A stretch of DNA of 64,000 nucleotides, taken from assembly GCA_965113315.1 (NCBI GenBank), contig OZ220382.1. One strand, 5' to 3'. Position numbers and translations under genes: made by a program. The notes under the pieces are model-generated. The model searched no databases and was not told the origin of the DNA. It saw only the letters and a list, made by a program, of their open reading frames with translations. How positions within the stretch are numbered: position 1 is the first letter of the stretch; each line of letters begins with the position of its first letter. Below, in pieces: positions 25,471 to 36,730 of this stretch. Origin of the DNA: Podarcis vaucheri (lineage: Eukaryota).

Positions 25471-26171
25471 CTACCATATATCGCTGGTGAAGCTAAGCTC
25501 CCTTGTTGACAATGGTAGCAGGGGGTTGTTCCTATGAAATTCCTGTGTTTCTTTCATGCTGCTATTAAGAGGCAGCTGTCCATTGAATAGCGTCAGGGGT
25601 ATGTTACAGTAAGTGTGGTGATTACTGCTTATGGCGGCTAACGGCAAGGTTGCAGACTGCATGTCATACTCATATCCTCTGCAGTAATGTCTGGTTTGCA
25701 CTGGATCCGGTTGTTGGTAATCGGTCAAGTCGGCCTGAGAGGCAACCAAGGAAGCAGAGGTGTCCGTCACAGCAATGGAAGGCACCGCCTGAAGATCCCC
25801 AAAGAGTCCCTGTTCAGCAGAATCTAGGACCTGGCGCCGAGATAAAACCTCTTTTTTCTTTGCAGGCATTTCATAGAGCAAGGTCTTCCAAAACTTTGAA
25901 TTCAGTTTGTTGCTTTTTGGACCATTCCACTTGATGACTGAGGAAAGTTTAATAGTGTGCTTTAAAGATTCCACTTCCTGGTAATTCACTTTGCTTTTTA
26001 ATTCAGGGCATTCAATGAAAATCACTTTGATATCTCCGCTGACAAGCATGTTATGCAGTCTGTTTTCCATCTCAAAAATACTCCACCCTCTCCTGAGAAC
26101 GTAATCCGGAGTTAGGATGATAATGAGTCTTCGGCTTTGTTCTATGCATCTGGAGAGATCGTCAAGGTATG
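25471..26171 (-). CDS. IL1RAPL2: IL1RAPL2 terminal coding exon (exon 11 equivalent), rest of the TIR domain plus the long C-terminal tail; stop TAG at 25471-25473
   Basis: (T)YLDDLSRCIEQSRRLIIILTPDYVLRRGWSIFE...SKFWK...HHTYCNIPLTLFNGQLP...ELSFTSDIW*. The SFTSDIW end distinguishes IL1RAPL2 from IL1RAPL1 (..SSVIW). Acceptor ctcttcctgtttacag| at 26172-73; the ORF-track residues before it are intronic polypyrimidine tract. Confidence 0.97.
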
Positions 26172-27481
26172 CTGTAAACAGGAAGAGCAGAAAGACAGTA
26201 AAATAGAGAAAAATATACACTGCACCAAAGTAACAATGTAAAAATTAGCCTTGCAATTTAAGTAGGGGGTAACCGCTCCCTTATACCTTGGTCAGCTCTA
26301 CAGTCTTTCTAGATATCCTAGTGGTTTACATGTATTTGTTCCACAATAGACTGTGCAATGTGTTTCACAAGAAGTTTCCACTAGCACAGCTGTTGAATTG
26401 GATTCCTCTGTTGCACAGCATTAAGACTCCTGCACAATTAGTGCATGAAGCAACTAATTCTACTTTTGACACCACCTTCCTCCCTGCTGAGTTCTACGTG
26501 GATTAAGGAGGAAGAAGCTGACAAGCACCACCACCCCAGGGCCATCCATAAGGAGGAGGGCTGGCAGAGAACAGGCTGGTAGGGCAGTGCCCCATTTATG
26601 CAAATAGACCAGACTCCTCTGCTTTTGCTTCAACCACAGCAAGGTATTTACTGGGTCTAATCCCTGGATTGTCACTTCTGAGTCCTTCTTCCTAGCAATC
26701 TCTTGGCAGTTTTCTGGGGCCCAGTTTGGAGAGCTGACCACAAGTTGAGAGCCACCATGATTATAATCAGGAAGCTTTCAACCTGCTGCCTTTTGCACTG
26801 AGCTGATCAGGGCCGCAGACTGAAGAACAGCCTGGAAGAGGATGCCTTCCTAACCCACCCCCATCCCCACCCCCCAGGCTGCGGGTTTGTCTCCTTTGGC
26901 TTGGGAAGGCCCTAAAATGTTCCATGTTAGCTCTGGGCTTTGCCTGAATGTTGGTACTCCATCTCTGGCACTTATTCCAACATCTGCTAGCTTCCCCTAA
27001 GATATGGGTCCCAGGAATTTAGGCCTCTGGCTCCGTAGCCAGCTGTGCCTCAAATTCAAATGTGGCTCTATAAGCCTGCTTGCCCTTCGAACTCTCCTTA
27101 GACCACAACTTTCCCTCGTCACACTACTGACCCTGCTCTGTTTCCTTTCCAGGTAACACACCTTGAGTGTTTTACCTGGCTAGAATTGCTTGTCTGGATA
27201 GATGATAAAGGTGTCTGTGTAGAAACTAGCTGACTGCTGAAAATAAAATTTACATTAATTGCCCTGCTCACTTTCATTTCTAGCCCCACCCACCACTGGC
27301 TTGTGGCCCCTGGAAGGTCAATCATTAGGGAATGTGGCCCTCAGGTTGAAAAAGGTCCACCCCTTTCCATTTTCTAGTCTTCCTACAAGCTCAGGATCAT
27401 GACACCACTTCTGTTTCATTGCTCCTCCCTGCATGACCAGGAACTACAGAATAAATTATGCAAACAAAGGAAAAATACATA

Positions 27482-28402
27482 CCGTATTTTTCGCCCTATA
27501 GGACGCACCGGCCCATAGGACGCACCTAGTTTTTTTGGGGGAAATCAAGGAAATTTTTTTTATTTCCCCCCCAGGTTTGCGCTGCCATCCCCAAGCTAGA
27601 AGAGGGAGACGGAGCGCTCTGTCTCCCTCTTCTGCCTTCAGGGTCAGCCTCTCTAGCCTCTGTGGGGAAGCGGCTTGCCCCGCTGTACCCCGAGCTTATG
27701 GGGCTGGCGATGGGGAGAAGCAAGCTTGCTTCACCCCCCCCCAGCCTCCAGATCAGGTTGGGGAATAGCGGGGTGGCGGCGCTCCGCCTCCCCGCTATCC
27801 CCCGAGCTTGTGGGGCTGGCGGGGGGGGGGGGAGAGAAGCAAGCTTGCTTCTCCCCCCCGCCAGCCTTCAGATCAGGTTGGGGAATAGCGGGGTGGCGGC
27901 GCTCCACCTCCCCGCTATCCCCCGAGCTTGTGGGGCTGGCGGGGGGGGGGAGAAGTAAGCTTGCTTCTCCCCCCCGCCAGCCTTCAGATCAGGTTGGGGA
28001 ATAGCGGGGTGGCGGCGCTCCACCTCCCCACTATTCCCCGAGCTAGTGGGGCTGGCGGCGGGGGGGGGGGGAAAGAAGCAAGCTTGCTTCTCCCCCCCCG
28101 CCAGCCTTCAGATCAGGTCGGGGAATAGCGGGGTGGCGGCGCTGCGCCTCCCTGCTATTCCCCAAGCTTGTGGGCTGCAGGCTGCTGCCCGCAAGCCTTG
28201 CGAGCCTGTGGGACCTCCCCCCGGGCTTGCAAGGCTTGCGGATAGCTTCCTGAAGCCTGGAGAGTGAGAGGGGTCGGTGCATACCGACCCCTCTCACTCT
28301 CCAGGCTTCAGCGAAAGCCTGCATTCGCCCCATAGGACGCACACACATTTCCGCTTCATTTTTGGAGGGGAAAAAGTGCGTCCTATAGGGTGAAAAATAC
28401 GG
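27482..28402. mobile_element. Non-autonomous Tc1-mariner superfamily element (CCGTA-type TIR, Tc2/pogo-like), 921 bp, GC-rich hairpin-array interior
   Basis: 27-bp TIR CCGTATTTTTCGCCCTATAGGACGCAC / GTGCGTCCTATAGGGTGAAAAATACGG (1 mismatch); TA on both sides. Confidence 0.92.
27742..28172. repeat. About 120-bp tandem repeat (about 3.5 units plus a degenerate upstream unit) inside the MITE
   Basis: Units start CAGCCT(C/T)CAGATCAGG at 27742, 27862, 27978 and 28102. Length varies mainly with poly-G/poly-C run length. Confidence 0.92.
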
Positions 28403-28962
28403 TACATTTGCAAAATTTATTTTTTTGGAAATATAAAGTTTATTTTTTCTAGTTTTTCTTGGTGCACAGTTTCAATTTAATTTGCTTTTTTAAGAAAAAG
28501 CACAGGAGTACACATTGCTTTGCTGACATATCAATATAATGCTGGTAAAGCATATTTATTGTAAGTCAAATGAGAATTTTGGAATGCCAGCTCAGGCAAC
28601 CATTTTTGAAAATGCTTCTGACACATAAGATAAGAATGTTTTAAGGTGTGTGCATTTACACAGGAGATGGGTTCAGGGAGGAATTATCTGGCAATACAAA
28701 TGCAGGTGGCGTTTTATAGATATTTTATGAACTGCTCTTGCCTAGGATAGGCCACAATGGGGAATTTGCTGTTTATGATGATCCAGTGATACTGTCCAAA
28801 TCTATTCTTTTCAATAAGAAAGAGACTGAAGGACAAAGAGAGAGCCTGTTAACCAAATACACAAAATATTAAATTTTCATCCCCGATTACTATTGACAAG
28901 ACAATCACTCCCTTCCACTGCACAGAGTTTTGGAACTCACACTTATTGACTCAGGTCATATC

Positions 28963-29115
28963 GGGGAAGGGCCGTAGCTCAGTGGTAAAGCACCTGCCTT
29001 TCACACAGAGGGTCCCAGGTTCAATTCTCAACATTTTCAGGTGGGGCTTGGGGAGATTGCAGGCTGAAACCCTGGAGAGCTGCTGCCAGTCAGTGTAGAC
29101 AACACTAAGCAAAGT
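28963..29115 (+). mobile_element. tRNA-derived SINE (Squam3-like); degenerate minus-strand copies at ~15290-15435, ~40365-40490 and ~50320-50485
   Basis: GTAGCTCAGTGGTAAAGCAC...GGTCCCAGGTTCAATTC head plus GAGAGCTGCTGCCAGTCAGTGTAGACAA body. Confidence 0.75.
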
Positions 29116-29728
29116 GGAACAATGTCTTCCAATGTTTCTGTTCCTATATTTAAACTGCAGATATATTCCCCCAAAGAATCACAGGCATTGCAGTTTGGTG
29201 GGCAGTCAGAGAATTTTATTAGAAATTCCTAGCCCTACCCCACAAAAGTATCGGCTGGTTCATGATGCCAGTCATACTCAAGAGTACACCCACTGAAATT
29301 AATGGACATTACTAACTTAGGTCCCTTTAATTTCAATGGGTTTGATTTCAATAGGCCTGATTTTGACACAGAAACTGCTTGGGCCATCTTGTTTGATGAC
29401 ATGTGTTGGGAGAAAGATAAACACAGCCCACTTGTGTAAGCAAAAAAAGTATTAACCTGGTGTTGAAGAGCTTGTCACAGCAAGGCCAGCTAAAGCTCTA
29501 AAGTAAGAGCACTTCCAAGCAAGCCACACCACTCAGGGAAGGGCCTTAATTAAGATCTTAAGGTACTAATGGTGAAGGACAGTATGGGAACATGCACTGT
29601 ACTCCAGCTATTTGGGTCCCAAGCTTTTCAGGGCTTTAAAGGTAAACATCAGCAATTTGAATTGTGCCCAGCAGTTAAGAGGCAAGCATATAAGAATTGG
29701 TGAGTTTTGCCACATATGGACTGTTTTC

Positions 29729-29852
29729 TAAGGTCACCAGACGTCCCTGTTTCCTGGGGACTGTCCCCGGATTTACTGCCTTTTCAGTGTTCACATGTAC
29801 ATAGCGAACAATAAGTGTCCCTGGATTCATTGAAAAAAATCTGGTAACCTTA
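29729..29852. mobile_element. Short hAT MITE (Tip100-like ends)
   Basis: TIRs TAAGGTCACCAGA / TCTGGTAACCTTA; TSD CTGTTTTC / CTGTTGTC. Confidence 0.8.
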
Positions 29853-29899
29853 CTGTTGTCAGGCTGTTGTCTTGCCACATATGGACTACATGAAAGCCA

Positions 29900-30735
29900 A
29901 CAAACTGAAGTTCATTCCAGGTAACACTGTTCCCTAGACAGGATGGGTGGGAGGTGTCCTACTCTTGATGGAGATACATTCCCACTGTGCAAGTACATAG
30001 CTTGGGGATACTGCTGGATCCTTTGCAACTGCATGAGGTTCAGGTGACCTCGGTGGCCTTCCATCAGCTTTGGCTGGTGGCCCAGCTATGTCCTTATCTT
30101 GATAGGGATAGCCTAACTTCTGTTGTCTATACCCTGGTAACCTCTAGATTAGATAACTGCACTGTGTTATATGTGAGGCTGCCTCTGAAGATGGTTCAGA
30201 AACTTCAGCTGGATCAGAATTCAGTGGCTAGGTTGCTCACTGAGACGAGAAAGTCTGAGCACATGACACCAATCCTGGCCCCATTGCACTAGCTGCCAAT
30301 CAAAGTGTCCCAATTCAAAGTGATGGATTTGCCCTATAAAGCCTTAAATGTCTTAGGGATGCTATACATCAAAGACCACCTTTCTCAATATAAACCAACA
30401 TAGACCCTGAAAACATCATCCGAGGCCGTTCTTCATGAGAGGTCCAGAGGGTGGCATCACAAGAACAGGCCTTTTCTGCAGTGGTTCCCCATTTGTGGAA
30501 TTCTCTTCCCAGGGAGGCTTGCCTGGTGCTTTCACTACATATCTTTAGGCACCAGGTGAAAACAGTTCTCTATAACCAGAGTTTTGTCTGGTCTTTTAAA
30601 TCTGTTTGTGGGTTACTGGTTTGTTTTTGTTTTGATTATATACCTTGGGATTTCATTTTGCATTTTTATGTTGTAAACCACCCTGTGATCTTTGGATGAA
30701 CGGCAGTCTACAAATGTAATAAATGAATAATAACA
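29900..30735 (+). mobile_element. Degenerate L2 LINE 3' fragment
   Basis: TLVTSRLDNCTVLYVRLPLKMVQKLQLDQNSVARLL...HMTPILAPLH and AFSAVVPHLWNSLP. Confidence 0.85.
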
Positions 30736-32181
30736 AGAATTACTCTGAGTAGGACTTGGTTCCCAGGCCAGAGGAGGGACGAAAAACAAGTGGGGTTTTT
30801 AAAAAAAATAAAATTGCACCTATATTATTTCCATATATTGTGAAACTTATTCAAAATAAGGCCTCAGAAGTTCTCCTGCATCCATTTAGGTTTTCATAAT
30901 AGCAATAAAACTGCATGGAAACAAAGTTGGGTTATGTATGAATTAAGAGCCAGCCATTGCCCAGCCTGATTGTTGCCCTCCATTGGATTGTAAATATGAC
31001 AGGAAATGGATCCTTAGAGCCAACATATTGAACCAGTTTTGTTTCATGATATTATTATCAAGCACATGGCAAATATATTTTCCAAATGTCAAATAATTCC
31101 CCCCGCCATGATCCAGACAGCTTCACTGTAATAGTGACTTGCTGTCCCCATAGATACCTCTTTGGCAGGAGGGCAGACAAGAAGAGCTGGGCAGACAATC
31201 CCCTCCCATTTCACCCATGCCCCCTGGTGGAGAGGAGGACTAGCCAAAGTCCTTCTCTACTTACTTCTTTCAACTCTCCTTCCATTGGAAGATAGGGGCA
31301 CCAGTTGGAAGAAGAGCCTGCAGAAGAAAGAGCACATTGTAGGGGTTGTTCCAGGTGGAACTCATCCCACATACAGTTTTGGCTGTGCGGTTCAGCAAAT
31401 AATGATAATGATAATAAATGGTTTGGTGGTTTTATGGGCTAGTAGGTGCAAGCCTCAGGGATACCTGTGGGCTTCAAGATGTTGTGGCTCCCATCAGCCA
31501 CATTCCACATGGCCAATGACACAGGGTGATGGAAGTTATAGTCCAACCACATCTGGAAGGACAAAGGTTCCCCACTCCTGCTTCATACCACTGTTTTGCC
31601 AAATTATTGGTGTAGAAGACTCTTAACTGCTGCACCATCATCTTGATTCATAGGATCAAATGTACATCAATATTCAATTCTTTTTATTAGATTCTTATCA
31701 CAAAGAAGGATGGGAGAGGGAACCAGCGAGCCTATCAAAACTCTGGTGAAAGCCCTAATGATTCCACTGAATTTTAGGGTCCATTCCAGTGCAAATATCA
31801 GTTTGCCATTGAAGCACTGCCTTCAAACTGCATTATATACACTTTGTATGAAGTGGAGAGTAACACAACCACATGCTAGGATGCAGCACAAATTGCCCAC
31901 ATAGATTCATGTGCATCTGCTTTGCTTTCCTCCCCAGAAGAACAACATGGTGCTGGAAGCTTGCAAGCCTTATTTAATGCCTCACTGTGACACAAGAGAT
32001 TAAGGATAAATTCTCACCCTTACAGACCACCCCCTTCCCTGACACCTTCCCAGGGTACTGGACAAACTGCAGCACAGAAACAGGGCCTATTTTCTTAGCA
32101 AAGGCACAGAAATAAACATAGGTGAACAAAGTGTGTGTGGGGGGGTGATGGGTTGATCACAAATGGATCAATCAGAATTAA

Positions 32182-32502
32182 TATGGTGTAGTGGTTAGAG
32201 TGTTGGATTAGGATCTGGGAGACCAGGTTTCAAATCCCCACTTGCCATGAAACTCACTGGGTGACCACAGGCTTGTTATTGCCTCTTAGCCTAGCCTATC
32301 TCTTTTTTTTATATATAAAATTTTTATTGGTTTTACAAAGTTTTTTTAAGAACAAACAAACACTTAAAAAGACATACAAACACTTAGCCTAGCCTATCTC
32401 ATGGGTTGTTGTGGGGATTAAATGAGGAGGAGGAGAACAATATACATTGCCCTAAACTCATTGGGATATAAATGCAACCAATCAATCAATCAATCAATCA
32501 AT
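32182..32502 (+). mobile_element. MIR/CORE-like tRNA SINE interrupted by an 80-bp retroposed insert
   Basis: TGGTGTAGTGGTTAGAG head, GGTTTCAAATCCC B box, GGGTTGTTGTGGGGATTAAATGAG core-like motif, (ATCA)n tail. Confidence 0.7.
32303..32382 (-). mobile_element. 80-bp 5'-truncated retroposed insert (L1-like 3' end)
   Basis: Perfect 18-bp TSD CTTAGCCTAGCCTATCTC (32285-32302 / 32383-32400); minus-strand AATAAA followed by an A tail. Confidence 0.8.
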
Positions 32503-33561
32503 ACTAAAAATCCACATCATGGTTGAAAGCTTGTCCACACTTATGGGGTTAGCTTTGGATATAGATGAGCCACAGTTTCATCTGGTGCAAACTGAAAGTG
32601 GAATTCTAGTCGCTTAGGCAAATTTCCATTAGACTGCTTGCTAAAGTTCAGAACAGCCTAGATCCTTTATTTTCCATCTCTGTGATCTTGGTGGACTTTG
32701 AAGAGCCACCACTATTGCACAGGGGGAAATGCCTATACAGTATTTCTTGCAGCTGCTCCAACCTGTACTTGGAAAACCTGTGTGACAAAGTTTCCCACTC
32801 ACTTCAATGGAACTGGCTCCTCCGTTGAAGTAAATAGGAAAACTCACCTACATTGGTGTTCTATCACATATTTATGAAGCTGTGCAGAGGGGAAACACCT
32901 CCAGCAATGTGTCTGATGCTAAAGCACAAGTGCATCTCGAGCTGCTTTGTAGTAAGCAAAATCAAGTGGGCTGCAGTGGACCACTCTGTTCTTATGGTGG
33001 CAAGGGGGACAGTATGAACAAGCTCTTGGGAGCACAATTATCACTTTGGAGAGTATTGTACTCCACCAGGTTCTGAACAAACACTGCAAATAGGAGTGGG
33101 AGTAGAATGTTGTTAAAATTGAAGATATTGGCATGGAGATTTGGACTCCATGTAAGCAATTTTTTCACGTGCTAACCCCTTTCCAGATCAGATACAAACA
33201 GATTAATTGCTGAATGTAGCTAATAAATGGACTGGGATTCAGAGGCGCCATCGTCTGAAGCACACTGAAGGCGCCCGATGCAACGTCCTGACATCACATG
33301 TATAATATCCTGACGTTACGTGTGCAATGTCACACATCGTCCTGACATCACTCTGCGCCTGGCTCCAACAATGGGGGGGGGCCTGCTCCCCCAAACCCCC
33401 ATTGAGGAGGCCCACAGTTCCTCGGCCCCTTGAATTCAGTGCCTATGCTGGGATATATGTTGCCCTAAAGAACAATTTGACAAAAGGTATGTTAGTACCA
33501 TCAGCAGTATAAAAACACAACACATGCTTACACTTTCCTAAATTTATGAAGAGCCATAAGC

Positions 33562-33735
33562 NNNNNNNNNNNNNNNNNNNNNNNNNNNNNNNNNNNNNNN
33601 NNNNNNNNNNNNNNNNNNNNNNNNNNNNNNNNNNNNNNNNNNNNNNNNNNNNNNNNNNNNNNNNNNNNNNNNNNNNNNNNNNNNNNNNNNNNNNNNNNNN
33701 NNNNNNNNNNNNNNNNNNNNNNNNNNNNNNNNNNN
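33562..33735. other. Assembly gap (174 N) in the last IL1RAPL2 intron
   Basis: Run of N. Confidence 1.
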
Positions 33736-36192
33736 GCTGCGAGATGTGGAGATGAAAAGGCAAAAGATTTATACAATCTGAGGTGAAACCAGAGTATTGA
33801 GATATGGAGATGGTCACTTGTCCAGAAGACTCAAAAAATTAAATGGCGAACAACCACCGTGCCTCTTTCCTCAAAGAGTTTTCTTTCCAGTGTGTGTCTT
33901 CCAAAATGGTTATGTATGATCATGGGTGTCCATCAGTTAAACCATGACAGTTAAACAGAACCTCCATATTCAGAAATGGGATACCTCTGAATACCAGGTG
34001 CTGGGGATAAAGAAAATGGAAAGTCTATTCCTCACCATGGCATAAAATTTATGGCAGTTCTCAGGAAGTTTTGCCATTCCAGTAGATGCTGGGCTACAAC
34101 TCCCACCATAACTGGTTATTGGCCATGCTTACTGGGTCTCATGGGAGTTGGAATACAACAGGATCTGGAGGACCGCCAGTTTATTATCTGTGCTATTAAA
34201 AAAGATGCAAGAATACTTTATACTGAAGAGGGTAGTCTATAAACATACCAAATAAAATAAAATAAATAAGACCGACTTTGACCCTTAAGTGAAATTATGA
34301 CCAATTATTTGACAGCACTGAGATTCGTTTTTGGTAGGGATCAGGAGCAGCCCCATAGTGAGCCAGAATGAACTGTGTGGCTCAGGTGGCAGATCAAGAG
34401 GGTGTGTGGATAGCATCTCCCCAACCCAATTTCCCACCTGCAAAGCTGCCTTTTCTCATCACCACCACATCTGCTAGTTGCTGTTCCTGCGGACAGCTGT
34501 GGCACAGGTGCTGTCTGAGGCCACCTGACTCACAATGCCTTCCTCAGAGTGCAGCCCTGATAGGAAAGTGTGGTCCTGGGGGTCCTGGGAGGTGGCAATT
34601 GGTGGGTGAGTGGCAGCTGGTTCGTGGTGGGGAAGCAGTGGCAGAAGATGGTGGCAGCAGGTGGAGAGAGAGAACTGGTGTTAAGAGGACCTGTGAGACA
34701 GGGGCTCAACCATGAGGCTCAGCCTAACCCACCTCACAGGGTTGTTGTGAGGATAAAACGGGGAGGAGTGACACATGCACCTCACCCACTAGGAACTTCT
34801 TAGAGGAAATGGCAGAACAAAAATGCAGTATAAATAAGAGGGCATCAGTGAAGCACCTCAGGTGGCACAGTGTCCCGTGCAAGCCCTGAAGGTGTAGATT
34901 CACCACCAGCACATTCTGCAGCTCAAGATTTTGTGCTGTGGTGGCTACAGCCATGCAGTCTGCTTCCACTGTGTACACATCTATGCAAACAAGAAAAATG
35001 TTACTGGACACTGAGACAACCAAGGCATTAAAGGCTTAGGCTCAGCATGCCTTTCCCCAGGGCTGGCACTGCAGTCAGAACGGATAGCTTACTTTCACTG
35101 CTCTTCCCCTTCTTGCTGAGCATCTTTCCTCAAGGGTAGCAGGTGGAACCCAATGCCCTGTCTTTTGTCACCCTGGCCAAATCCACAGGCTTGCAAAGAG
35201 CAACAGGGGGAAGCTCCGGCTGGCTTGTGAGGCCAGACCTAAAGGCACAATCCAACAAGCTTAACCTTTCCTTTGTGAGAAAGAATTAAGTCATTGGTGT
35301 GAGCAAGATGGCAATGCCTGTTTTTACAGATCATGGCAGCTTTAGAAAAGGACCAGTGCACCAGCCGTTTCCTGTCTTTCATCTTAGTGGGCAAGTCTTT
35401 TTTCTGTTCTTTTTTAATAGAGAGAGTTTGGAGTAGCATTGTTTGCCCTCAGCATCAGGTATCAGAAGGTATACTGCTCTGAATGTGGAGGTTCTACTTA
35501 CCTAATCATTGGCCTGCCCTCCATGAATAACGGTGTAGGGACCTCAGGTATTGACTTAGAAATGAAGTTTTATTTCCCCACTAGAAATAAGGGGTCTATT
35601 TACTGCAAACTCAGGGTTTTTCTTTAAAATTTTTTTTAAAAAGAAACCCCAAGCTGCCTGCTTTCAAATTCATATTCTGCATTGTCATCATTTGGTGGAG
35701 ATTAAGCATTCCTTCCGTTCTGCGTGAAAGAATCAAAATCCTTTCAAAAACCATGAATCGCCCCAGTTGCAAGGGAGGGAAGTGACAGGATATATCACTC
35801 AATGCTTAGCAATGAGAGCTGACATCCTCAGGTAGTGTATATTTCTGATGATGGTTAATGACTCTCTGAAATTATGCTGATGAGTCTTTGCTGCAGTGCC
35901 TGAATGACAGGTGGACACAAAGGAAAATGCCATTCCGTCTAGAGAGAGGCACCTGCAAGGATGCAGATTCATTTGAAGCATTTGTTCTCTTCATAGAAAA
36001 TAATAATAATTGTGACTTAAAATACTTTGATTCTGCTCACTCCTTAAAAAACAAAAACAAATTACGCCTGGGAAAAACAGCAGCTGTACATGAAACAAAA
36101 AATAATTGTTCCCATAATTGGCTTCATGGAGTGTAATAGTTATACCTCACGTGTGTTTTAACTTGTTATGTGTCTGCGTGTAGATAAGCAGT

Positions 36193-36730
36193 TGTGATGA
36201 ACCAAAGGTGAACTGTTCTGGAGGCTCTGCAACCACCATCGTGCTACTCAAAATAACCCCACAATTAATTGGTAGTTGCTGTAACAATGAGCTCAGATAT
36301 GTTTATATTCACCTGCTTTGATATAGGCTAATTGGCTTGCTTTGATGTTAATCTTATCTGTGGGCTTGAGGTGCTAGGCTCTGAACCCAAGAAAGGGAAA
36401 CTATCTGTAAGATTTGGGTGTTTGCCACCTATGCCCTCATCTGGTCAGGTGAAGTGATGGAAAGTCTAGGCCAAAGTGGCGTATGTTGCTTTGTTCATAA
36501 ATGATGTGTCTATGTTTGCTTCGATGAGAAGAAGCCATCTCCTTGCTGCAGTGTCTGTCCCGTGTCTGTAAAGGCTGGGAGACCTGGCAAGCTGATCTGC
36601 TGTAAGTCTACACCTTCTTTTAATAAAGCACTAGAACTGATCAATCTGGAGTTTTCAACATCCTTCTTTGGTATCCCTGCACCCAAGCTTTCTGACAAGT
36701 CCTCCTTTGGTCCTGTGGTTCAGAACAGCA
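36193..36730 (+). mobile_element. Solo-LTR-like element, copy 1
   Basis: Starts TGTGATGA, contains AATAAA (~36622), ends near ...GAACA; possible TSD GCAGT; colinear with 49237-49735. Confidence 0.7.

Noticed and set aside
26172-26220. Hydrophobic 'signal peptide' MYIFLYFTVFLLFLFT at the start of the 249-aa ORF
   Set aside because: It is the translated polypyrimidine tract of the splice acceptor.
27742-28172. CRISPR-like array of palindromic repeats
   Set aside because: No unique spacers (whole units repeat), enclosed by transposon TIRs, vertebrate DNA, no cas genes.
33443-33817. ORFs spanning the N run
   Set aside because: Artefacts of translating the assembly gap.
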